The notes: generated by a model from the letters alone, not told the origin. 42,205 nucleotides of DNA from Cyclobacteriaceae bacterium (GCA_035307285.1 DATGMS010000242.1:1-42205); one strand, 5' to 3'; numbered from the stretch's first letter, positions 19,747 through 28,345 are shown. Program-made: numbers and translations.

Positions 19747-20264
19747 TTAATGCGGTTTCGGTTTTGATCCAGTCTTACGCAACGGATTTATTTTTCCCCG
19801 ATCTCCAATACTGTGGTTTTTTTTCACCAATTAAAGGTTACCTGATATGTCACATATTACCCGCCTGTAAGCCACGAGAGAGCACGTCGACCTATGCAAT
19901 TGTGTTTCAATAAAGAGGTAGCTTCCGTTCGCTACCTGAACGTTTTCACATAGTTCCCGGCTCTTAGTTCTATTTTTCTCTTGGACATTACCTAACTAGC
20001 AAACTACATTTATATGGACTTCGTGTTGGATAAAACGTTTTTCATGTAAATAATTCCTCTGCAGAAAGCGGATTTTTTCTTTAAACAACTTATGTTTACT
20101 ACCATATCACCCTTGAGAAATATTGTTGAGTTGAAATGTCCAATGAATTTTTGATTTAATCCATTTTTGACTGAAGATGAGGGATAAATTTATAAACTGG
20201 GCGGATGTAAACTTTCTGTGCTTATCGGTATATAGCAGGTTTTTATGGAAAATTAGAAATACAG

Positions 20265-21326
20265 ATGAACATGAAATTTGACAAGAGTTGCGGGTTAGTA
20301 TGGTTGTTGGCAACAGGTTTAATGATCGGGTGCAGCTCTCACGGAGAGCCGGATATTCAATTGGAGAGGGAGGTTTCGGAAATTTTTAAAGATATGGACA
20401 GACTTCCATCTCTACAGGATCCTGATCCGATAATCGAAGATCCGGATTATGAAGAAATCTTCGACCCAGCTTACTCGATGCGGCTTCTCGATGATGTCCT
20501 TGAGGGGGGGGCTGTTCCTCAGGATCTTAAGGAAGTGTTGCAAGCGTTGGCAGATGCGGTTCGGCAGGAGAGTCCGGAAGTTCAAGAAAAATTTCAAAAG
20601 GTTACATTAGACTTCTTGGTGGGCATTCTGGATCCCCGGAACCCTTTAGATCCCCAATTGGAAGAGACGTTAAGGAGGATGCTGCTGGATGAAAAGTTAA
20701 AGCCTTCTTTTCCGGAAATTCCGGTAATTGAAGGTTTGGAAGAACTTAGAGCTACTCAAAATGAAGTTCCTGATGGAGAGCCTAATCTGTTTACTTCTTC
20801 TCAGGCCTCATCAGGAGATGGGATTTGTGCCCACGAAATTTACATGCAATTTGGCTCCGGTGCGAGAAGTTGTACCCAAGAGTTGGCTTACACATCGGGA
20901 ATAATAGAATCAAACTATATTAGAAGATCGTTTGAAGCCGAAGAAAGATTTGATGATAGAAATTTACAAATTATTGATTTTAGTCTGGATAAATTACCTA
21001 AGGTGGTCACCAAATTCAGAAGAATCCTAACCAGCATCAGGGAGAGCAGTACTACAGATGAAGTAGAGGAAATAAGATCAAGCTTGGGTGATCTCGCAGC
21101 AGTATATGCTTATTACTTGAGGATCAACGTTCCGCTATGGCAGAACTACGGCCTCAGCTTGAATGAATGGTATTATCATAAGGAAATGGAGCTGAATGAG
21201 GAGATCCGCAAGAAAAAGGAAGACGAAGCAGCAGTAGTTCACCAAAACTGCATCAATTGGGTCAACAGCCTGATCATTAAAGAAGTGGAAAGGACTTGCC
21301 CGGGGGATGAGCCTATTTTGTACTAA
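20265..21326 (+). CDS. Hypothetical lipoprotein with an acidic, Pro/Asp-rich N-terminal region
   Basis: 353 aa. Lipobox LMIGCSS and four further Cys. It contains a G8 tract at 20504-20511. No family motif recognised. Confidence 0.55.
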   Translation: MNMKFDKSCGLVWLLATGLMIGCSSHGEPDIQLEREVSEIFKDMDRLPSLQDPDPIIEDPDYEEIFDPAYSMRLLDDVLEGGAVPQDLKEVLQALADAVRQESPEVQEKFQKVTLDFLVGILDPRNPLDPQLEETLRRMLLDEKLKPSFPEIPVIEGLEELRATQNEVPDGEPNLFTSSQASSGDGICAHEIYMQFGSGARSCTQELAYTSGIIESNYIRRSFEAEERFDDRNLQIIDFSLDKLPKVVTKFRRILTSIRESSTTDEVEEIRSSLGDLAAVYAYYLRINVPLWQNYGLSLNEWYYHKEMELNEEIRKKKEDEAAVVHQNCINWVNSLIIKEVERTCPGDEPILY

Positions 21327-21334
21327 AAAATCAG

Positions 21335-21379
21335 AAAACATGGCTTGCTTTAACTTTCGCACCAAGCAAGCCATGTTTT
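21335..21379. terminator. Bidirectional terminator between convergent genes
   Basis: A 16-bp perfect stem, aaaacatggcttgctt (21335-21350) with aagcaagccatgtttt (21364-21379). It is A-rich on the 5' side and T-rich on the 3' side. Confidence 0.85.
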
Positions 21380-21381
21380 CT

Positions 21382-22689
21382 TTAGTCTATTCTGACTATG
21401 TCGGCTCCGAGTGCGTTTAGCCGCTGATCAATAAACTGATAGCCTCGGTCTATCTGTTCTACATTATCTATCACAGAAGTACCTTCTGCTGACATTGCAG
21501 CAATCAATAAAGCCACGCCCGCACGGATATCAGGTGAGGTCATCCGGATCCCTTTAAGAGGATACTTACGGTCCAACCCGATGACCACTGCGCGGTGGGG
21601 ATCGCCTAAGATAATTTGAGCGCCCATGTCAATAAGTTTGTCCACAAAGAACAACCGACTTTCAAACATTTTTTGGTGTACCAATACGGTGCCTTTAGCT
21701 TGGGTGGCAGTCACTAGCACAATGCTTAAGAGGTCAGGAGTGAATCCCGGCCAGATGGCATCGGCCACGGTAAGTATTGACCCGTCTATAAAGGATTCAA
21801 TTTCATAGTGCTTTTGAGAAGGGATATAGATGTCATTCCCCCGGATCTCTAGTTGAATACCCATTCTCTTGAAGGTGTCTGGAATTATGCCCAATTGATC
21901 CACACGTACATCCTTTATCGTGATTTCCGACTGGGTCATAGCAGCGAGTCCAATAAAAGAACCAATCTCAATCATATCTGGAAGTAACGTGTGCTCAGTT
22001 CCTCCCAGCTTTTCCACCCCGTCAATATGAAGCAAGTTGGAACCAATTCCCGTAATCTTGGCTCCCATTCGGTTGAGCATGGAGCAAAGTTGTTGGAGGT
22101 AAGGCTCACAGGCAGCATTGTAAATAGTCGTGACTCCTTCGGCCATTACGGCGGCCATTACGATATTGGCGGTCCCTGTTACGGAAGCTTCATCTAAAAG
22201 CATATAACAGCCCTTCAAGTTCTTACCGTCAATATGGTAAATCCCTTTTTTGGAATTGTAAGTGAATTTAGCTCCTAGCTTCTGAAATCCTGAAAAGTGG
22301 GTGTCCAGTCTCCTTCTTCCAATTTTGTCACCTCCTGGTTTGGATATTTTACCAGTGCCGAATCTGGCCAACAACGGGCCCAAAATCATTACCGAACCTC
22401 TCAGGGCTGAAGCTTTTTCTAAAAAATCTGCCGTTTCCAAATAGCCCAGATCAATCCGGGAGGCGTTAAATTTATAGCTTTCTTGGTCAATTTTTTCAAT
22501 CGCCACTCCCATATCGGCCAACAGGTCCATCAATTTTATGACGTCTCTGATCTGGGGTACTTTATGAACTATTATATCTTCTTGACTTAGAAGGACTGCG
22601 CAAAGAATCTGGAGAGCTTCATTTTTTGCGCCTTGAGGTATAATTTCCCCTTTGAGCCGGAGCCCTCCTCTTACCTTAAATGATGCCAT
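21382..22689 (-). CDS. murA: UDP-N-acetylglucosamine 1-carboxyvinyltransferase
   Basis: 435 aa. Motifs GAKNEAL and KPGGDKIGRRRLDTH (active-site loop, Asp in place of Cys) plus the typical C-terminus. Confidence 0.95.
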   Translation of the reverse strand: MASFKVRGGLRLKGEIIPQGAKNEALQILCAVLLSQEDIIVHKVPQIRDVIKLMDLLADMGVAIEKIDQESYKFNASRIDLGYLETADFLEKASALRGSVMILGPLLARFGTGKISKPGGDKIGRRRLDTHFSGFQKLGAKFTYNSKKGIYHIDGKNLKGCYMLLDEASVTGTANIVMAAVMAEGVTTIYNAACEPYLQQLCSMLNRMGAKITGIGSNLLHIDGVEKLGGTEHTLLPDMIEIGSFIGLAAMTQSEITIKDVRVDQLGIIPDTFKRMGIQLEIRGNDIYIPSQKHYEIESFIDGSILTVADAIWPGFTPDLLSIVLVTATQAKGTVLVHQKMFESRLFFVDKLIDMGAQIILGDPHRAVVIGLDRKYPLKGIRMTSPDIRAGVALLIAAMSAEGTSVIDNVEQIDRGYQFIDQRLNALGADIVRID

Positions 22690-23369
22690 TAATTTCGTCG
22701 CTTTTTATTGCCGCCGTTGGTTCTCCTTTTTGGGTTGCTTGGAAAACTCCTTCTGCCATTGCCGACGTTATTGCTTTGCTCAGTAGAGGGTAGTCCGGAA
22801 GGTTTGAAATCCCTTCGCATATTGGTTTCGAAAAGCCCATTCTCCCTTACTTTATCCAGATCGATGTGCAATTTACCCTTTGATAGGATCTTGATGTCGT
22901 CAATGATAATAGCATCATCAAAATTTTCGCGGTTCCAAGTGGAATGAAAACTTCTCATTAACTGTCCTATGAAGATAAGTGCGGCTTCCTGCTCTTCATC
23001 ATCTTCTATTTCAATCGCTTTTTCTATCAGTTTCTCGATATTCCTGCCGTAGTGCTTGAACCTTACTTCTCCGGTGGGATAGCCCAACATCTGGGGCTTT
23101 TTTCCTAAAAGTTCTTTCTCAGGCATAGGAAAAGGAGCATCCACATCTAACTCAAAGTCGGACATGATGTAAAGATCATCCCAGAGCTTTTGGTCATTTT
23201 CTGTTTTCAAGAGGGGATTGAGTTGTTTCATCAATTCCACAAGAGCATAAGCGTATTCCGTTCGCTTGTCTTTATCCGAAACGGTCTTGACGTAGTTGAC
23301 CAGTTTTTGGATGTTTTTTCCGTATTCTTTCAAAATAAACGATTGTTTAGGCTTTTCATGTTCTTTCAT
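22689..23369 (-). CDS. DUF4290-like protein (the conserved Bacteroidota partner found upstream of murA)
   Basis: 226 aa. Its stop overlaps the murA start by 1 nt. Basic C-terminal tail (RRSFPSNPKRRTNGGNKKRRN). The family name is recalled from the typical gene context and has not been searched. Confidence 0.7.
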   Translation of the reverse strand: MKEHEKPKQSFILKEYGKNIQKLVNYVKTVSDKDKRTEYAYALVELMKQLNPLLKTENDQKLWDDLYIMSDFELDVDAPFPMPEKELLGKKPQMLGYPTGEVRFKHYGRNIEKLIEKAIEIEDDEEQEAALIFIGQLMRSFHSTWNRENFDDAIIIDDIKILSKGKLHIDLDKVRENGLFETNMRRDFKPSGLPSTEQSNNVGNGRRSFPSNPKRRTNGGNKKRRN

Positions 23370-23545
23370 ACCCCGTCTGGTTGATCAATGACCTTTTAAT
23401 ATAACAAAAAATGGTCAATTTCCAGAATCGGTGTCTTAGTTCGATAATATTAGCTACATAAGGGAATTCGGGCGGTCTAGCTTTTTCGCTTTTTTAAAAT
23501 GTAGCTCCTGTTTTTTAGCTTGCTTTATTTAGCTGTAAAAGGTAG

Positions 23546-25792
23546 CTATTCTACGATTCTAAGTTTTGCAAAGCTAAGTAATAAAGTTTTATCTCCAAAA
23601 TTATCGAAATGGATAGATGCCTTTCTATTGGCTCCTTCCATCTCTATTTTCGTGACCTTTCCGAAGCCAAATTTTGGATGTTCAATTTTCATGCCTTCCC
23701 CAAGGTTGTTGGTATTTGAGGGCTTAAAATCGGGACTTGGGGTGTGGACCTTTGCAGTAGTCCCCGATCTAACCGAGGGACGCTTTAACCCCACAAAGCC
23801 GTTCCGCCCCTCGCTGGCTCCGTTGTTAAACATAGAAGAGGAGCTCGGCGTCCTTTTCGTCTCCTTAATACAGGAGGGATCTACTTCCTCCAGGAATCTG
23901 CTGGGTTCGCAGTTCAGCAGACGTCCAAAGCGATACCTGGTGGTAGCGTAGGTGAGGTAAAGTTTTTCCATCGCCCGGGTGGAGGCAACGTAAAAAAGTC
24001 TCCGCTCTTCTTCCAAATCCTCACGGCTCTGCATCATCATCTGGGAAGGAAATAGGTCCTCTTCCATTCCTACTACGAAAACGTATTTAAACTCAAGGCC
24101 TTTTGAGGCATGTATGGACATCAAGGTAACATTGTCTGTTTGGTCTTTGTCCCGGTCGTTGTCTGTAAGCAGAGCTATTTCCTGCAAAAAAGAACCTAGG
24201 CTCTTGTCCTCATTTTCGGGATTGTCGACGTACTCTTTTATCGCATTAAGTAATTCTTGGATGTTTTCATATCGGTTTAACCCTTCTATTGTTTTATCCT
24301 CATACAATTCTCTCAACAGCCCTGACTGTTTTGCAATCGACGAAGCTACCTCAAAGGCATCCTTACGTTCCACTTCGATTTTAAAGCTTTTGATCAAGGT
24401 GGAGAAGTCATCCACTGCATTGGCCGCCCTGCCGGTCAGGAAGCTGGCGGCATTGGTCAATACCTCCCAGAGAGGGATGTCATGCTCATAGGCTGCCACG
24501 ATGATTCTCTCCACACTGGTGTCCCCAATGCCTCTCTTTGGGTAATTGATGATTCTTTTGAATGCCTCTTCATCATCGTGATTGACCACAAACCTCATAT
24601 AGGCCATCAAATCTTTAATCTCCTTCCTTTGATAGAAGGACAATCCGCCGACTATTTTATAGTTGATGTTCAGTTTTCTCAATGCCTCCTCTATAGACCT
24701 TGATTGTGAGTTGGTGCGGTAAAGGACGGCAAAATCACTGTTGCTCAGTTGCTTGTTATTCCGTTCTTCGAAGATGGTGTTGGCCACGATCCGCCCTTCT
24801 TCATTGTCAGAGGAGGCTTTGATCAATTCAATCGGATCGCCGAGATCATTTTGGGTCCATACGTCTTTTTTAAGCTGAGCCTTGTTTTTGGAGATGATGG
24901 AATTGGCTGCTGTTACGATGTTTTTAGTAGACCTGTAGTTCTGCTCCAGTTTTACCACAAAAAGATCCGGATAGTCCTTCTCAAAGTTGAGAATGTTTTG
25001 AATATCCGCGCCCCTAAAGGCATAGATGCTTTGGGCATCATCTCCCACCACACAAATGTTCTGGTGAACGGCAGCGAGTTTTTTGGTGATTACGTACTGG
25101 GAGAGGTTGGTGTCTTGAAATTCATCCACCATGACGTACTTGAACCTCTGCTGGTATTTGTTGAGGACATCGGGATGGTCCCTGAACAGGATATTGGTAT
25201 TGAACAGCAGGTCGTCAAAATCCATGGCGGAAGATTTGAAAAGCCTCTGTTGGTAAATTCTGTATATTTCCCCCATCCTCGGCTTCATTGCTGCTTCGTC
25301 ATCCGTCCTGATATACGGGTCCTTCTGATAGGTTTCCCAAGAGATAAGCCGGTTTTTAGCTCCTGATATTCTGGATAAAACGGTGTTAGGCTTGTAAACC
25401 TTATCGTCCAACTTCATTTCCTTGACTATGGACCTTATGAGAGATTTGCTATCATCAGCATCATAAATGGTAAAATTGGAAGGAAATCCCAGCTTAGAGG
25501 CTTCTACCCGTAGAATTTTGGCGAAGGTGGAGTGAAAAGTACCCATCCAAGTGTTTCTCGCCTCAAGTCCTATGACTCTCTCTATTCTTTGTTTCATCTC
25601 GGCTGCTGCCTTGTTGGTAAAGGTTAGGGAGAGGATATTAAAAGGGTCTACTCCTTTTTCAATAAGATGGGCAATCCTATAGGTCAATACACGCGTTTTT
25701 CCGGATCCTGCGCCTGCTATGATCATCACAGGACCTTCAGTATGTTCTACCGCTGTCCTTTGGTTAGGATTCAAAAAAGACAAATATTCCAT
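23546..25792 (-). CDS. ATP-dependent DNA helicase, UvrD/PcrA/Rep family
   Basis: 748 aa. Walker A IIAGAGSGKT, motif II VMVDEFQDTN, SF1 motifs through VASTRA, and a C-terminal Tudor-like tail. Confidence 0.9.
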   Translation of the reverse strand: MEYLSFLNPNQRTAVEHTEGPVMIIAGAGSGKTRVLTYRIAHLIEKGVDPFNILSLTFTNKAAAEMKQRIERVIGLEARNTWMGTFHSTFAKILRVEASKLGFPSNFTIYDADDSKSLIRSIVKEMKLDDKVYKPNTVLSRISGAKNRLISWETYQKDPYIRTDDEAAMKPRMGEIYRIYQQRLFKSSAMDFDDLLFNTNILFRDHPDVLNKYQQRFKYVMVDEFQDTNLSQYVITKKLAAVHQNICVVGDDAQSIYAFRGADIQNILNFEKDYPDLFVVKLEQNYRSTKNIVTAANSIISKNKAQLKKDVWTQNDLGDPIELIKASSDNEEGRIVANTIFEERNNKQLSNSDFAVLYRTNSQSRSIEEALRKLNINYKIVGGLSFYQRKEIKDLMAYMRFVVNHDDEEAFKRIINYPKRGIGDTSVERIIVAAYEHDIPLWEVLTNAASFLTGRAANAVDDFSTLIKSFKIEVERKDAFEVASSIAKQSGLLRELYEDKTIEGLNRYENIQELLNAIKEYVDNPENEDKSLGSFLQEIALLTDNDRDKDQTDNVTLMSIHASKGLEFKYVFVVGMEEDLFPSQMMMQSREDLEEERRLFYVASTRAMEKLYLTYATTRYRFGRLLNCEPSRFLEEVDPSCIKETKRTPSSSSMFNNGASEGRNGFVGLKRPSVRSGTTAKVHTPSPDFKPSNTNNLGEGMKIEHPKFGFGKVTKIEMEGANRKASIHFDNFGDKTLLLSFAKLRIVE

Positions 25793-26143
25793 AAATAAAT
25801 CTTAACTGCAATCGTTCGTCCAGTGGAAGGACATTTGAAGAATCCAAAGTTACCAATTCATTTTGACAATAAATAGAAACACAAATTCCCTTGCAGTAAG
25901 CACAGTGGTGAAATTCTTAAAATTAGTGATGTATTACAGAATATTAGTTATATTTTAGAGTAAAGTTAAAAAGTAGCATAGTATTTGAATCAAATTTGGG
26001 GATTCTGAGGCGTTGGGCCTAGTTGGACTGGGGAACAGTATAAATATGAGCTATAAAAGGAGAGAGGGAATCCATCCAGTTTAATTTAATACATGAGTTC
26101 TTTTTATAATTAACTAATCACTAACAAACAAAATTTATTAATC

Positions 26144-26302
26144 ATGGGAAATTTGCTTTATATCATCGCCGTAATTTTGATCATTGCATGGCTTATTGGC
26201 TTCATCGGTTATAGCGCTGGAGGAATTATCCACGTTCTTTTGGTAATTGCTGTAATAGCTATAATACTTAGAGTGATCCAAGGAAGAGGGGTGTAGTTTA
26301 GG
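26144..26302 (+). CDS. lmo0937-family small membrane protein (52 aa), absent from the ORF track
   Basis: My own translation is MGNLLYIIAVILIIAWLIGFIGYSAGGIIHVLLVIAVIAIILRVIQRKRGVV. It has two TM helices and a basic tail, which is the typical family pattern. A strong terminator follows. Confidence 0.7.
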
Positions 26303-26350
26303 TAGAAAAATTGCAACATATTCTATGCAGTATTGTTCAAGTTTTCTGAT

Positions 26351-26384
26351 AAACAGGCCTGAGTGTTTTACCAGGCCTGTTTTC
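26351..26384 (+). terminator. Rho-independent terminator after the small membrane protein gene
   Basis: An 11-bp stem, aaacaggcctg (26351-26361) with caggcctgttt (26372-26382), followed by T residues. Confidence 0.75.
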
Positions 26385-26635
26385 AATTAAGCCTTAAGAC
26401 ATCTTCTAACTCTATGCTGGCATTTTCATTTTTTACAAGGTGTAAAGCACACTTTTCCCTTTACTTGGCCAATATATATCGAACGAATGTGGGGCTAAGG
26501 AATCTTATTCCCAATGAAATATCGATTGCTTGAGCCAACTCTATATGTTCAACACTATAATTATTGAAGAAAAGCAATGACCGCAAATCAAAACATAATT
26601 GCTGTACCCCCTTCGGGGGACTTGATTTATTGAAA

Positions 26636-28018
26636 ATGAAGAAAATTTTAATAATTGATGATGAAGTGTCGGTATGTGAGATGCTGACCAGGTTTTTGGT
26701 GAAAAAAGGATACGACGCTGAATCTACTGTCTACGGCAAACAGGGTCTTCAGCTTTTAAAGGAATTCGACTATGACCTAATATTGTGTGATTACAGACTG
26801 AAGGATTACGACGGGAATGAATATTTCAAGGAAATCAAAAAAATCAGGCCAGAGATAACTGTCATTTTTATAACCGGCTATGTTAATCTAAAGATTGCCG
26901 TTGAGTTGATCAAAAACGGTGCTTATCAGTATCTGGCTAAGCCGCTGAATCCCGATGATTTGCTTGTCATGGTGGAGAGGGCGCTTTCAAATCCCGAAAA
27001 AGTAAAAATTTCTCCCAAAGGAAAAGACAAAGAGAGAGGGAATAGCCAGCAAGAATATGTCGTCGGGACAAGTGCGGCGTCGAAGAAGCTGTTAAAATTA
27101 ATTGATATTGTCGGTCCCACGGATTACACGATTATCATTGAAGGAGAGACAGGTACAGGTAAGGAATCCATTGCGCGATTGATACATGATGGAAGCAAGA
27201 GAAAAAATGCACCTTTTATCGCCATTGACTGCGGAAGCCTATCGAGAGAACTCGCCGCAAGTGAATTGTTTGGCCATGAGAAAGGGGCCTTTACTGGAGC
27301 TGTAGGGGATAAGACAGGGGTATTTGAGTTGGCTGAAGGAGGAACTGTTTTTCTGGATGAAGTGGGCAACCTTTCCTTAGATATCCAAGTTGCATTGCTT
27401 AGGACGCTCCAAGAGAGAATGGTAAGAAAGGTGGGGAGTCTGAAGCAGATTAAGGTCGATGTGAGGATTTTAGCGGCCACCAATGAAGATTTACAGGACA
27501 ATGTTGCCAAAGGCTTGTTCCGGGAAGACCTGTACCACAGGCTCAACGAATTCACCGTCAAAGTGCCCCCATTGAAGGAAAGACTTCAGGATTTGCCGTT
27601 GTTTGTTGACTTTTTTTTGGAGAAAACTTCAGAAGAACTTGATAAGGAAATTCCTTCTATATCCCCCGAAGCTTGGGAGTGCCTTCAAGCTCATCCTTGG
27701 CCAGGAAATATCCGGGAACTTAAAAATGTAATTAGAAGAGCCTGCCTGTTGACCGCAGCGGGAAAAGAGATTGGGAAGCAGGCACTTCCGGAACAATTGA
27801 CTTTACGCGACGTGGATAAACAGTTGAATTCTCCAATACTGGCCCAGGTTGAGGAAGTGAAAAATATGGACCTTAAAAGCATGGCACAACATGCGGAAGC
27901 CAAACATATAATCGAAGTGTTGAACAATGTCAATTTTAACAAGACCAAAGCTGCTAAGCTATTGAACATTGATCGCAAAACGCTTTATCAAAAGCTAAAG
28001 CTGTTTAAAATTGATTAA
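26636..28018 (+). CDS. Sigma-54-dependent response regulator (REC + AAA+ bEBP + Fis-type HTH)
   Basis: The REC domain starts at MKKILIIDDE. AAA+ motifs are GETGTGKE, ELFGHEKGAFTGA and FLDEVG. The C-terminal HTH is KAAKLLNIDRKTLYQKLK. I use the ATG at 26636 rather than the TTG at 26564. Confidence 0.9.
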   Translation: MKKILIIDDEVSVCEMLTRFLVKKGYDAESTVYGKQGLQLLKEFDYDLILCDYRLKDYDGNEYFKEIKKIRPEITVIFITGYVNLKIAVELIKNGAYQYLAKPLNPDDLLVMVERALSNPEKVKISPKGKDKERGNSQQEYVVGTSAASKKLLKLIDIVGPTDYTIIIEGETGTGKESIARLIHDGSKRKNAPFIAIDCGSLSRELAASELFGHEKGAFTGAVGDKTGVFELAEGGTVFLDEVGNLSLDIQVALLRTLQERMVRKVGSLKQIKVDVRILAATNEDLQDNVAKGLFREDLYHRLNEFTVKVPPLKERLQDLPLFVDFFLEKTSEELDKEIPSISPEAWECLQAHPWPGNIRELKNVIRRACLLTAAGKEIGKQALPEQLTLRDVDKQLNSPILAQVEEVKNMDLKSMAQHAEAKHIIEVLNNVNFNKTKAAKLLNIDRKTLYQKLKLFKID

Positions 28019-28085
28019 CGGACTGAATCTAGAAAGGTAAGATCAAATGGGATGGTGCATGATTATTAAATTACAACCATCTGTT

Positions 28086-28120
28086 AAAAAAAAGGCCGGC
28101 TTATGCCGGCCTTTACTTTT
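28086..28120. terminator. Bidirectional terminator between the bEBP gene and csbD
   Basis: A 10-bp GC-rich stem, aaaggccggc (28091-28100) with gccggccttt (28105-28114), with an A-run before and a T-rich stretch after. Confidence 0.85.
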
Positions 28121-28301
28121 ATTCGAAGAGTTGTTTCCTTAACTCATCCTGGGCTTTTCCGGTTTTTTGCTGAAGCCTTCCCAGTAACTCGTCCTCTTTC
28201 CCTTCAACATAGGTCAAATCATCATCAGTAAGTTTTGCATATTCCTGTTTCAATTTACCTTTCAGTTCGTTCCAAGATCCTTTTAATTTTAAATTAGCCA
28301 T
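28119..28301 (-). CDS. CsbD-family stress-response protein
   Basis: 60 aa. Motif [22 protein letters not shown]…[15 protein letters not shown]. Confidence 0.85.
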   Translation of the reverse strand: MANLKLKGSWNELKGKLKQEYAKLTDDDLTYVEGKEDELLGRLQQKTGKAQDELRKQLFE

Positions 28302-28345
28302 GATAGGTTATTTTAATGGTTAAATAATAATTCTACCTAGTCCTA

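Noticed and set aside
24749-25366. 205-aa plus-strand ORF, together with 23520..23951, 24114..24491 and 24482..24703, opposite the helicase gene
   Set aside because: All are antisense to a CDS carrying the complete set of SF1 helicase motifs, so I treat them as shadow ORFs.
5167-25792. DprA and the UvrD-like helicase as parts of a mobile element or defence system
   Set aside because: Both sit in housekeeping contexts (MerR/M23/alaS; DUF4290-murA). Neither has a nuclease, methylase, integrase, toxin or other defence partner nearby, and the two genes are 17 kb apart.
25793-26143. Second sigma-54 promoter upstream of the lmo0937-type gene
   Set aside because: I scanned for GG-N10-GC with flanking TGGC/TTGC. 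Only poor matches were found (e.g. TGGAAGGACATTTGAA, which lacks the GC), so no call is made.
26138-26386. 82-aa minus-strand ORF listed in the track
   Set aside because: It is antisense to the 52-aa lmo0937-type gene, whose peptide matches a known small-protein pattern and is followed by a plus-strand terminator. The minus-strand product has no recognisable features.
27124-27561. 145-aa minus-strand ORF inside the bEBP gene
   Set aside because: It is antisense to the AAA+ core (GETGTGKE…GAFTGA), so I treat it as a shadow ORF.
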